DNA of 59,480 bases, filler included, from Bipalium vagum (taxonomy: Eukaryota): assembly GCA_037834085.1 (NCBI GenBank). It is 3 parts of 3 records of this genome, joined end to end, with 100 filler letters (N's around TTAATTAATTAA, not from the genome) between each part and the next. Parts side by side here need not be neighbours in the genome. Positions count along the whole stretch, not along the records: positions 43,575 to 59,480 come from JBBMKC010139151.1; 2 more parts are not named here. One strand, given 5' to 3'. The notes below the pieces were generated by a model, which made no database searches, was not told the DNA's origin, and saw only the letters and a program-made list of their open reading frames with translations. Positions 47,322 through 59,480 of the stretch are shown here, in pieces; within the stretch, counting starts at the first letter, position 1, and each line of letters opens with the position of its first letter. The position numbers were made by a program, and so were the translations under genes.

Positions 47322-50300
47322 ATCTATTGTCTTCCCGGCACACCTTGAAAGGTAATCATCATCATCCAGTAATCTATCCAGCAAGATTCCATGACAATCG
47401 TACAAGATCCAGTTTATTTCAGCCGCCGGGTTGGATTCATCTGTTTGACAAGTAAAATTACTAACTTCTCCTGCTCTTAGTTTTGAGAAGGAAGACAGAA
47501 TTAATTTGGTCGGAAGATATATAACCCGAATGGTTATCTCAGGACTTTGAATACTTTCAAACAATCGAAAAGCTGACAAGACTTTACAGCTAAGAAAAAT
47601 TATTCGAAATCAATGATATCGATTTTATAAAAAAAATATTAAAGTATATTAAATATTTAATTATTTCAAAATATTTAAATATTAAATTATTTAATTTTTA
47701 AGTATTAATCACCAATTTCTATTAAAAAATATTTAATTTATACTTTTGATTTAAATTTAATTTATAATTAATTATTAATTATTAAGTTTAATTAAAATTA
47801 GGTTAAAGCTAAAAAATTATTTTTTTTTCAAAAATGAAATGTTTCAATCATTAATCCAGTTCGACTATATGAAACTAATTTATTAATTTATAAAAATAAA
47901 AATCAGATATTTATGTAAAATGATTCAGGATAGTAATAAATAATAATTAAGAGAGAAAAATCATCTCTGAAAAGGACACCATTGGACATTTAATCGGACA
48001 AATATCCAAAGGGATTTTATAAATCTTGCTTTATATCAAAAGGGACTTTATTTTATATTCTAAATTAAAATTGCAATAAAAACGAGGAGAATAAACAAGT
48101 TTGCCGGTTATTTATAATAAAAATAATTTTAATTCCTAACTTTATTATTTTGTTATGACTTTCAGATCGAATTCAGAATATAAGACCAACGTTTTATTAT
48201 AAACTTTTACAGAAAAATTAATTATAATCATAATTAGAATTTCCATAAAAATTGCAGAGTATTAAAATTGAAATATTAAATTTACTATCTTTGAGGTCAG
48301 CACATTTTTAATCGATAATTTCTTCAGATATTATTCAATTTTATGAAATTTATGATGAATAATTTATTATTATTAAAATAAATTTATTAAAATTTCTTTT
48401 TAGTATTTTTACATAAAATAAGACACAATGCCATTAATATTGGGCATTTAATCAAATGAAATAAGAAATAATACTACTACAATTAAGCAGTTCAATCAAA
48501 CATTTCGTTAAACATAAAAGATATACCTTTTGAACTAAACTCTGGTAACTGCAGCAAGTCTGCGTTATCCATGATTTCTTTATTTCCTTTATTTTTCATA
48601 AATCAATACAAAAAATTATCTCTAAAACAGATATTCGTGAAAAGACTAGTTAGATCCAATGACACCATTTAAAATAAAAAAATTTTATCATATACACATA
48701 CATCTGTATCAAGTACAGCAGTAGAGACAATTATGTACAATGAGTAAATGTCATATAACTATTTTTCTCAGATCGCTTTGATAATTTGACGCCGAATAGG
48801 AACAATATATCATTCATTTCTTTCTTTTTAATTTTCAGTTTAGAGATTTCATATGGATTTTCTCGTCGCATGTTGAACAATCTGACAATTTATTTCTGTT
48901 AATAAATTTTGGAATTAATTAAAATTATTTCAAAACATAACATAAAAAAGAGTTTAAAATACTTCCTCCGTTTTGATGTAAACTGGAGGTCATGATTTCA
49001 TATTGTGTAATAAACATTTCTATGGAGGCATGATTTCTCATATAAATCTTCAAAGTATTTTCACTAACATTTAAACTTGATACCGACATTAATATAAATT
49101 AATAATGCCTCAGGAGTATTCTTGCCTCTTCCTTTTACTTCTGCTAATTGTTGTCAACAGACTTGAGGTCTAATTGTTTCACCATGTTTCACCAGAGTAA
49201 TATATAAATTGTACAAATGAAAACAAATCAGGCTCATCATCACTTTGTAAACTCTGTTTGTTTTCGTACAAATAATTTTAAAAATTTAATATATTTTTTC
49301 AAGCCTTTCCATTTTTTTATCTTCAAACACTTTGGCTGACCCAGAGGTTAGTCTTAATGTCCGGGTCATTATCTTGAAATGGCTGAGCCACTAAATGTTG
49401 ATATGACATATCTTCAACTTCATATCAGCAGGCTCTGATTTTATATTTAAATTAAAAAGTAAAAAATAACAAATGCATTTTTGAAGAAAAAGAATTAATA
49501 AATAATAATAATAAATTATAATCAACGAGCTTAATAAAAATATAAAATTATTTTTTAAAAATATTATGTAAAGATAAATCCCGGAGAATTCATTTCTTTA
49601 ATTATACCCTTCTTCAATAACAGTCCAATATTAAATAACAGCATGGGGAGAAGGCAACCATGCCGAATACGTATATTTATTGGGATCGGAGTTGTAATGT
49701 TACCAAAATTAAAATGACTGACAACCTTTATATATAGCTCTATTAATTATCTTAAGAAATAATATAGTAACATGATACATATAATTAAAATATCATTCCA
49801 TCTCCTAGAAAAAATCTAATGCAATTTTAAATAAATTAAAGTAAAAAATGATCTGAATAAATAATATTATAACCTTTGTACAGAGCGACACAAAATATTA
49901 GTTAAGTCAGAAAGTAACTTTCGTTTTTATCACAAAATTTTATTTTACAAATTTCTACATTTAAATTTATCATAAATCAATCACATAATCGCCATTATTT
50001 TTTACTATAGTCTGCCACTTGTCAACCATGCATTTCATCCGTTTTTCAAATAACGAGGAAGATTTAGAGTCAATAAATGATTGGATCTCCTTTTGGATCT
50101 GATCTTCATTTTGAAATCTTTTTCCAGACGAGAAGTGCTGCAAAGATCTGAAAAGGTGAAAATCTGTTGGAGCAATGTCTGGGCTATATGGTGGGTGAGC
50201 CATAACTTCCCATCCTAAGTCTTTAATTTTTTAGATGTGATCTTTGAGGTGTGTGGCCTGGCATTGTCCTGGTGAAAATGACACCTTTTTTATTGATTAA

Positions 50301-52654
50301 AGCTGGACGAAATTTAATTATGTTCTCATTTAATTTGTTCAATTGATGACAGTATTTGTTGCATCAATTGTCTGATTTGATTCGAGCAATTCCAAATATA
50401 CTACCCCACGACAATCCCAACAAATAAAAATCATAGCTTCTTTAGGATGAAGACCCGGTTTGGTGTTGAAATCGGGGTTTCACCTGGAAAAAACCATTGC
50501 TTTTGTCTTTTGGGATTGAGGTACTGAATCCACTTTTCGTTCCCGAGACAATACGTTGAAGAAACGGATCACTGTTGTTCTTCAGAATCAGTGATTGACA
50601 AACAGATAGTCTAACAGCTTTATTTTTTTCGGTCAACTCATGGGGTACCCAGACACATGCCTTATATGACTTTCCAGTCATATCTAAGTGGGTCTTAACT
50701 GTAGTAGGACTAGTGTGACCGTAGAGCCACGGATATATTCGTACAAGTACCAATTTTGAACATTTTGTTTAGTCCGGAAAAATGTATCCACTGAATTATA
50801 AAAATTATAATATAAAAAATAAATATGATTTCTTATACTTTCAAATATTGCGCTTCAAATATTTCTATATCAATATTATTAAAACAAAAATAAAATTGCC
50901 AATATTTAGCAATTAATTTTAACAATTAGAAAAACGATGTTACTTTCTTATTCGCCTAATAATTGTCACACTAAAAAATAACATTATCTTATGTACAAAG
51001 ATTTTAAATATTTGTAAATATTAACAGAATGTTATTATTTCTACTGTTTTACCAATTTTATCAAGCAAAGAATACAAATATCAAGAATAAAACATTACAA
51101 ATTATTTGCTGCATTTTCATAAAAATCTTTTTTTATTTAAAACAAAAATTTAAAACAAAACATTCAATTCTAATAATTTATTGAGGTGTCATTTTATTTG
51201 AAGTTACAAAGTTAATGAATGACCATCAATTACAGCTCATCAATAGAATTAAACTGCTTTCTACTAACATAAACCGTACGCACCATCACTCCATATACAT
51301 TTTCGATGCAACTTAAGTCATGTGAGCCATAACTTGAATTTAGCCATTCTTATAGCTTCTGCTATCATCAATTAAAAAAGTTATTTAAATTTTGATTTTC
51401 TTTAAAAAAAATCAAGATTTCTTAAATTTACAAGGTGCAGCAATTAATTTGTGTGGATATAACAATTTTAAAATTCTTAATTTTAATAAGAAATCAGAAT
51501 GCTCAAAAAACGTAAAATTTCATTTTCAAAATTTATTTATTTTCAGGAAAATATGAATTGAATATGTCGATTGTAAAGTATCTCCAGGTTTCTTTTGAAG
51601 ATGTAAGATCAAATGGTTATGAAAATGATCATAGAAATGTCAATCTAGACAGATTTAACTTTTTGATTCACTGTCAATATATAAAAAAACCTCTGTAGAA
51701 AGGAAAAAAATATTATTATCAATGTAAATATTAATTTGAAATTTCTTGTCATGGAAATAAATAAAATAATTATTTCTGTGTCAGAATATTAAAGCTCATT
51801 GTTAATAATTGATAAACTTGTGAGAATAATAAAATTAAAATAAATGCAGCTGACATGAATATGACAATGAAAAATATTTCTTCACGGAATATAAAATAAT
51901 AATAATATCATTATAAAATAATAATTCCATCCCTTTCATCTGAAAAAATATTTTGAAATGAAACAATTTGTTTAATATCAATAAAGTATTAAGGTAAATT
52001 ACACTTATGAAGATTTTTGTAATTAGTGAAGAGTTTATGTAATAATGCGATATTTATTAAAATTACAAATAATTAAATTAAATACTAAAAATTAACAAAT
52101 TATTATTCTATTAGATTGGTGCAAAACTATTGGCCGATTTTTAATAAATATTTTAAAATTTTAAAACTCAGTTCAAATGAAACTTTTTTCGGGTGAGACA
52201 TATTTGTGTCAGAATAGGACACAAAACTCGCAAAAAACAGATGGATAGCCTAAAATGTCATAAAATCCTAAAATGTGCCCAGAGTCATGAAAAGAAAATT
52301 TCCTTTAAAATTCATGGTGTTTAGTGTTGCTCGTAGTGAAGGTGATGTTATGACCTTCACTAGTTATTGTAGTACCTAATATGAAAAGATTGAAATAAAA
52401 ACACAATAAGCTAATAAACCTAAATCGTCCATTAATTTTGTGCTAACATATATTGGATTTTTATAAATAAATATATATAATAAAATATATATAATAAAAT
52501 TTATTAATTAAAATAGCTTGTTTGTTATTACTATTAATCCAGAACATTTACCTGTACTTGTCTAAGTTCATTGATTTTGTGGCTGTAAACTGGAATTTTA
52601 TTTCAATCTTGTTCGATTCTTTTGTGATGGAAGGAGTCAAAATTTCTTCATTAC
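47322..52654 (-). CDS. Ig-superfamily cell-surface protein (nephrin/kirre/sidestep-like C2-set domains), two internal exons
   Basis: Exon 52654-52552 splices in phase 2 to the exon starting at 47589, giving IEIKFQFTATKSMNLDKYSCKV...EITIRVIYLP..LRAGEVSNFTCQTDESNPAAEINW. The donor of the second exon is uncertain (about 47344 or 47322). Confidence 0.8.
48700..49440 (-). mobile_element. Possible decayed hAT-type transposase remnant
   Basis: Minus-strand I*WLSHFKIMTRTLRL (TRWLS-like) and NKQSLQSDDEPDL. Many stops. Confidence 0.35.
49898..50959 (-). mobile_element. Mariner with both TIRs and a 5' internal deletion
   Basis: TIRs TTAGTTAAGTCAGAAAGTAACTTTCGTTTTT / AAAAACGATGTTACTTTCTTATTCGCCTAA with TA flanks. 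Motifs WVPHELTE, HQDNARPHT and HPPYSPDIAPTDFHLFRSL. Confidence 0.93.
51190..51370 (-). mobile_element. Tc1/Tc3-like 3' remnant
   Basis: SHDLSCIENVYGVMVRTVYVSRKQFNSIDEL resembles SPDLNPIENLWG...VY..GKQF. Confidence 0.6.
52111..52450 (+). mobile_element. 340-bp non-autonomous ITm element (maT/DD37D-like core)
   Basis: TIRs TTAGATTGGTGCAAAACTATTGGCCGATTT / AAATCGTCCATTAATTTTGTGCTAACATA with TA flanks. Internal NVPRVMKRKFPLKFMVFSVARSEGDVM. Confidence 0.75.
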
Positions 52655-53129
52655 CTGCAAATATTTAACTCAATTAATAAAATCTCTAGAATAATTTAAT
52701 TTACTATTCAATTTAATTAATTTATATAATTTTCTAATTAAATAATTTTTTCTAGAAAAACACTCAAATCTCTGAATGATAAAAATCAATTTTTATTAAC
52801 CTAAATGATTGAATCCATTGATTAAAAATTATATTTGTTGCTTTGCTTCTATAAGTTGTGGAAAAGCGAAAAATCCTTCAAATTTAATTCTTGAAAAATT
52901 TAATATTAAATATTAAATTATATAAAAATTATTTTTATTAAACAATTTAATTAATTTTCATCTAATTATCTTCGTTAGTTACATTTTATTTTTAGAAATT
53001 TACAAAATAATTATTTGTTTACATTATATATAATAAACAATACTTTTGTTTTAATAACTTTCATCTTAAATAATATTAAATTTTGTTTATTTTTCATTGT
53101 TATTGTTATTATGGTAACCCATAAATTTC

Positions 53130-53750
53130 CTGAATTTGTAATATTAATATTGTAGCTGAATACAAAAATGATAAGAATGAATTTTATTCATCGAAATACA
53201 ATCTCCCATGTTCATTTGTATTCAACCATCTTTCATCGAATAGTGAAAGACCATTTTGATACAAAATCCTATCCTTCAATCAAAAGAATTCTTGACATAC
53301 TTTTTCAATATTTGTCAGATCTAGAAATTTCCTTACTTTCAAGAACGTGGACATTAGTCGAGCTAGGTAGAAATCATTTGGCGCTAGATTGGAACAATTT
53401 GCTGAATTTAGTAGGATTACGAAATCTACACTGCTGTTGTTTATTTTAGCTGCAATATGCGTATTCACCTAGCATTATCTTAGTGTTTATCGTAGTGGCC
53501 ACAGTATTTTATTTATGCAAAATTCCAGAAAATTATTCCATCCACCTTAATTAAACATCATCAAAAGAATCGAAGTAATCCATCTTTTGCCTCCAGTCAC
53601 AATATTTCATAAAGTCTTTTCTTTGCCTTTATTTTTCTCTAGAATGGAGCATATCAATTTAAATGCTTCGGCACATTTTTGACTTGCTGAAATTCATATC
53701 TAATGGTGTCTCGACATTATGTCTTTTCATCAATCATTTTCGACGATTTT
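53130..53750 (-). mobile_element. Highly decayed mariner
   Basis: IVTGGKRW, H*DNAR*IR and CSNLAPNDFYL motifs on the minus strand. Confidence 0.7.
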
Positions 53751-54344
53751 TTTATTTTGTTGTAAAAAACTAAATAAAAATAATAAAATTTCATAAAATT
53801 TAATATCTAAATTACCAAAATACAATTTAACGGGAGTTGTTAGATTATTACTAGGATTATTTAAACAATTCCCTAATGTTAAAATTATTATTATGTAATA
53901 AATAACGGAATTTGGATTTTAGATGGTTTTATTAATTATGCTGAAAAATCTTAATTTCCAAAGATTAATTTATTTGTTGTTTTGTCTACGAAGTTTAATT
54001 TTATCTTTAATCTATCCTTGTTTTTCCCTAATTACCTTTTCATAATCTGTGCAGAATAATAACTTGTGAGAAGTAAACTACTTCTCTCACATAATTCTTT
54101 ATAACTTGATTTTGTTAATATTTACTCTATATTAATTCATTTTAAAATTTAAGACGTCATTTCTCTTTTACACGATGATAGACATTTCCTTCATCATTTA
54201 TAATTTCATAAAACTGACAAATATGACTTTATCTTCTAAAATACCTATCGTAAGTTTATAGTTTTAATTCTTTCGATTATACAAACAGGAGACAGTTTTC
54301 TGAGTCTACAGTTTAAATGAAAATAATAATAATAAATAATAATA

Positions 54345-55615
54345 TTAGGTGTACAACATGACTCCGGCTTTTTTAATTAGAAAACAAAAACATTTATTAC
54401 AAATTTTATTTAAAAACATTTATTGAAAATATGTTCAATTGGAAGCTACAACGTTTGCCCACCTTTCAGGTAACGAATGAATTCCATGACAAAAAAACTC
54501 TGGCTCTTTTGATGAAATCCAGCTGTCAATCCAATTTTGGAGGTCTTCAAGAGAACTGACCCGCTCTCCGAAAAGTGCTGATTGCAAAGAGCGGAACAAA
54601 TGGTAATCCGAAGGAGCGATGTCTGGTGAACAGGGCGGGTGAGGTAAGACTTCCCACTTTGTACATTCTAAGTAATTATTTACAATTGAATTAAAGTGTG
54701 GTCTTGCGTTATCATGTTGGAAAATTATCTTTTCGTGTCTTGTCTCCCATTTCGGTCGTTTTTCATTCAAAGCTTTCTTCAAACGAATTAATTGTGATCG
54801 ATAAAGTTCACCGTTAGTGTTGGAGAAGATTTTAAAAATTCATAATAGATCACTTCACCAGATACACAACATAACTTTCAAACCGTGGGCATTTTGTTTT
54901 TGTATTGATGGATCGGATTCACCTGGCATCACCCAAGCTAATTTGCGTTTTCGATTGTCATAACGAATCTATTTTTCGTCTCCTGTGATAATTAGATGCA
55001 AAAAACATTTTTATTTTTTGTCACTGAAGAAGGACATCACAAATTGTTTTTCACCGTTCAATGCATCTTTCTGTCAATTCATGTGAGATCCAAATTCCTA
55101 ATTTTCGAATAATTCCTAAAGCTGCCAGACGTTTTGAAATGCATTGTTGAGTCACTTTTAATGCGACAGCCAGATCAGATTGTGTTTGGAATGGGTCTTC
55201 ATCCACCAGCCTTCTCAAATTTCTATCTTCACATTGTTTTTGTGGCTTCCAATGCCCCTTGTCGTTTGTATCATATTGGCTATTTCTAAAACGGCGAAAC
55301 CAATCTTTACATGTGTTCATCGAAGGAGCATGTTCTCTTTAGATGTTTCAAAGCAAGCGGTACGTTTCCGTTGCAGTTTTCTTGGCAAAAAATAATGTAT
55401 AATTACTTCCCGCAAATGTCGTTTATTTGGGATGAATATTGACATTTTGAATCTCTATAATATTTAAACAAGGAATATCAAAACAACTGTCTCGTGATAT
55501 TATTAATCATATGATATTTTTGTTTATAAATCAATTCAATACAATTTAGATATATAGGCAAACAAAATTTTTATTAACATTTAACAAAAAGCCGGAGTCA
55601 TAGTTATACACCTAA
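54345..55615 (-). mobile_element. Full-length (1271 bp) mauritiana/Mos1-like mariner, transposase frameshifted
   Basis: TIRs TTAGGTGTACAACATGACTCCGGCTTTTT / AAAAAGCCGGAGTCATAGTTATACACCTAA with TA flanks. ATG at 55445 gives MSIFIPNKRHLREVIIHYF. Motifs WISHELTE, ITGDEK*I, HDNARPH and HPPCSPDIAPSDYHLFRS. Confidence 0.95.
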
Positions 55616-56557
55616 TAAATAATCAAATAAAATAAATAATTATGGTATATCCTTTCATTTTCTGAGAAACAAAATCAATCATTATCAAATAATTATGATC
55701 ATTTTAACGAAGGTGGTATTTATATATTATAGAATTCTTGGCTTTTCACTGGTCTGCTTAATAAAAAATTTTCCTGTACAACATGATTTAACTTTTCAAA
55801 GATGTTTAAATCTTTTTATGTAAGGTCTAAGGTCAAATAATACTTTTCTATGAGAAGATTACCTTAACCGTAACAGAATGATAATGATTATAAAGTAAAA
55901 TTTATGAGGTCAATTCAATAGGGATTGTAAAGAATAAATTTGTTTTAATCACAATTTTTAAAACTCACAGTTCACTAACTCAATATTTAAACAAAACCTT
56001 TCAAATTATTAAAATACTTTTTAGTTTTCATTAAAACATTAAGTTAAGAAAAATGATTATTTAATAAAACTTATTTTGGTTATTATTAAATAATTAAATC
56101 CATGTCAGGACTGTCTTTATTAATGTTCTTAATAAAATTAATAAAACTTTTTAATAATAAAACGAGCTATATTTGCCACTATTATTTTTCGTTCAAAATT
56201 TTAGGAAAACAAAATAATCCTCTTTATTCTAATAAAATAAAACCTTATTAAAATATTTTTAACGAGGAAATGTATTAAATTTTATTCATTTTTGTTATTT
56301 TAGAATACTGCAGTTTTGTTTTACTTAAGAGGATTTATTAATTAAAATTATTTATTTGAACAAAAATCTCAAAAATATTTTTAAATATTATCTTAAATAA
56401 TATACACTATACATATATTAATACTGTTGAGAGATTTTGTCTTGTAAAATTATTTAACTATAAAATATTAATAAAAATAGTTTTATTTAAATGTAACCCT
56501 TTTTAATAAATTATTAATATTTTTATTAATAATAATATTATTATTGTTTATTAATAT

Positions 56558-56688
56558 NNNNNNNNNNNNNNNNNNNNNNNNNNNNNNNNNNNNNNNNNNN
56601 NNNNNNNNNNNNNNNNNNNNNNNNNNNNNNNNNNNNNNNNNNNNNNNNNNNNNNNNNNNNNNNNNNNNNNNNNNNNNNNNNNNNNNNN
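56558..56688. other. Assembly gap
   Basis: 131 N. Confidence 0.98.
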
Positions 56689-57061
56689 NTTCTAAATTAG
56701 ATAGAATTGTTTGTAAAAACTGATTGCTTCCACACATACTTAATTTACATTAATTAATATTTTTTAATGAAGGTCATCAAGCTAATATTTTTTTATAAAT
56801 ATAAAAATCAAATTGTTTGTTTTAATTATTAAATATAATTCTGAACTTTCATATTCAAAAACCAACCATAATTTATTAAAATTTAGTATTGATAGAAACG
56901 CAATTTTTTTAGCTTTAAGCAAAAATAATTAAAAATAAATATTTTCATTTATTTACGTAAAGGAAAATTATACTATTTTTGTTATATATAATATTGAATA
57001 GAATAAAAATTAAATAATAACCAAAACAAATTAGTTGGGAAAATTCAATTTTAAGACCTTT

Positions 57062-57683
57062 CTTGGTGACTCATTAAAGTTTTATGTGGTCGAACGTTGT
57101 CGTGACGAGCCACAGTACCATTTCTGTTGAGTAATTCAGTTTAGCTTTTATTTTTCGCTTGATTTAATCTGTCAGGTGACTGACAATAGAATATAGAACC
57201 TATTTTTCTTGTAATAATGATTTTCAATATGATTTTAAATAGTTTTTGACAAATACCTCGAACTTTAATAGAGCGCAAATGCTTATTTGACGATCTTACT
57301 TGATTAATTTCTTGATGTCATTATCTTTATCTGCGATTGGTCGACCAGAACGAAGTGAATCTTTCAACTAAAGCTTCCTTGGCGAAATCGGGCGAACCAT
57401 CCCGCACCGTTTTTTCTAATAATTATTTCAGACCCATTATATATATTTTTTGACGACATGACTGCCATTTTTCCATTTTATGAAATTAAATTTCATAACA
57501 ACTCAGATTTCTTCTTTATTTTAATTTTTTGGACATGTTTAAATGATATTAATTTAATTTTTTATATTTGATTTGATTTTACTAAAAGATTGATTAACAT
57601 TGAATTTCAAACTTATATATTGATTGTAATTCACATTACTACAGTCCTTGAGGAAAGCGACTAAAAATGTTTGAGTCACCTAA
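57062..57683 (-). mobile_element. Internally deleted mariner
   Basis: WFARFRQGSF..DSLRSGRP and HDNVRPH motifs. Ends contain GGTGACTCA / TGAGTCACCTAA|TA. Confidence 0.75.
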
Positions 57684-59411
57684 TATTTTTATAAATCGTT
57701 TATAATATTAATTACATTTTTTGTTAAATAATCAATAATAAAAAATTTTATATGTCATTCAAATTGATAGAAAATATTATATATATTTCACTCTTAAAAT
57801 TTCACACAAAACTTTAAATAATTTACCCAAAAATTTTATTCCAATTTTATCTGAGGATTAATTATCAATTAATTATAAATAAAAATAAATTATTTCATTA
57901 TTCTTTAATCGAGAATATCACTATAAAAATATAATTAAAAATTTATGTTCAGTACCGTTATTACCAGTCAAAAGGGGTTGATGTGATCAAAAAATTAATT
58001 AATGATCACATTATAATCCAAATCGTGTATATATTATATATATTTCCATATTTTTTCGTGTTATTATTTTCTAAATAATATAATAATTTAATTAAATGAA
58101 CATTTCTGAAAAAATAATCCGTGCAATTTGAAGGAATTACATGAAATTAATCAAGAGAAGATGTCTGATTTTTTTACCCGGGGAAATACGAAAAAATCCA
58201 ATTCATTTAACAATTCCCTTTCATTATTAAACCTGAAGAAAATTGAAGTTCATTGAAAAAAATTAAAAGCGTTTGTTTTAAATAGTCTATTTGTGAAGGA
58301 CTTACACAAATAGAGTACGATAAGTTAATTACGACAGTAAGTCGCTTGTGTAATTTTCAGATAAAATAATAATAAACCAAAAAATGTGTAAAATAGATTT
58401 CGAAACATTTTATAATTCATTCAGGACTAAAATATTTTAATAAAACATAAAAAGTGAAAAAAATCACAAAATAAATATAAGTACATTAATATTCTTTTTT
58501 TAGAAGTAATCTTTTTTAATATAATTAGTCTAAATTTCCCTGGGGTGACTCAAGAATAATTTTTCACAAACATTTTTTGTTATTTGTGTTGATTAATAAA
58601 TTAATTTAATAAATAAAAAATATTAAATAATTGAAAATAAAATAATAGAAATCTAATGAATCACTTATATTATTAAATTTAAACAAATATTTATAAAGAT
58701 CATAAGATAAATTTACAAATTACATATGACCTATTGATCTAAACCTATTATTTTATTGATCTAAATTTGACCTAAATATAAAACATCAAAAATCTGAATT
58801 TATATTGCAGCAACTTAATATTGTCCGAATCTATGGAACAATTCATTGATCAATCCTACTCGTTTATTAATTGCCAAGACTTGTACTGTTCAGGAAGATC
58901 AACATTTAGAAATCAAATGACTCATTGTCTTAATATTATAAAAAGTGACCCAGATCATGTGTTTTCAAGATTCTTTTACTCTTATTGCAATATATTTTGT
59001 TATATATTGATATTTCAGTCCATTGTTTCTCATTATTAGATTATGATAGATCAATTTTACATATAGTTTATAAATATTTATCAACATTACAGAATTATAA
59101 TTGTAAGAAATCAATTTTAATTAAAATTAAATAGTAAATAATAAATCATAAATAATTTTAAAATAAATTTTAAAGTAGTATATTAAAATTTAATCCTTAA
59201 TGTAAAATAGGTTTTTAATAATTTTAATAAATTTAAAGGTTTTATTTAAAAATTAAATTAATTTTAATAAAAGTTTTAGATAATTAATTTGTTTATATAA
59301 AGTATAAAAAGGGCACACTATTTAAATCTATACAATTATTTTCTTCGGAAAAGTGTTACCAAATATTGAGTTTATGAATTCTGAAACTGTGGATAACGTC
59401 GCGGTTTTATC

Positions 59412-59412
<1 letters not shown>

Positions 59413-59480
<68 letters not shown>
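59413..59480 (+). repeat. (ATT)n microsatellite
   Basis: About 22 perfect units running to the window end. Confidence 0.97.

Noticed and set aside
56483-56737. ORF spanning the N-gap (and the N-padded end of ORF 43340-43522)
   Set aside because: Length is an artefact of translating Ns.
58821-59039. 72-aa ORF
   Set aside because: No recognisable motif or splice support.

Overview
Very AT-rich eukaryotic (animal) genomic DNA with short GT-AG introns and dense decayed Tc1/mariner content, most compatible with a flatworm such as a planarian (inference, not verified). It is not prokaryotic, and no CRISPR array or operon is present. Two artificial 100-nt linkers (N44-TTAATTAATTAA-N44 at 19816-19915 and 43475-43574) and one N-gap (56558-56688) split the window, so adjacency across them is unproven. 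Host genes reconstructed by hand-splicing: (1) a divergent REM+CDC25 RasGEF gene (+, at least 8228-17216); (2) the 5' part of a filamin-repeat gene (-, 21092-20575); (3) a complete 9-exon ACSL3/4-type long-chain acyl-CoA synthetase (+, 26380-36886, 736 aa); (4) two exons of a nephrin/kirre/sidestep-like Ig protein (-, 52654-47322). The rest is mostly decayed mobile DNA: many mariners (several with intact TIR/TA ends), Tc3-like, pogo/Tigger, CGGBP1-like hAT, gypsy, Penelope-like and MITE remnants, and a tRNA-Ala-derived pseudogene. The most interesting element is a decayed endogenous Polinton/Maverick/adintovirus-like fragment (22077-25560): a protein-primed PolB 5' half facing a zinc-finger/coiled-coil gene, with a possible second fragment at about 42340-43474. 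Also notable are a Gly-to-Asp change in the ACSL P-loop created at a splice junction, and loss of catalytic hairpin residues in the RasGEF. I cannot support an intact novel system; the viral remnant is the best lead.
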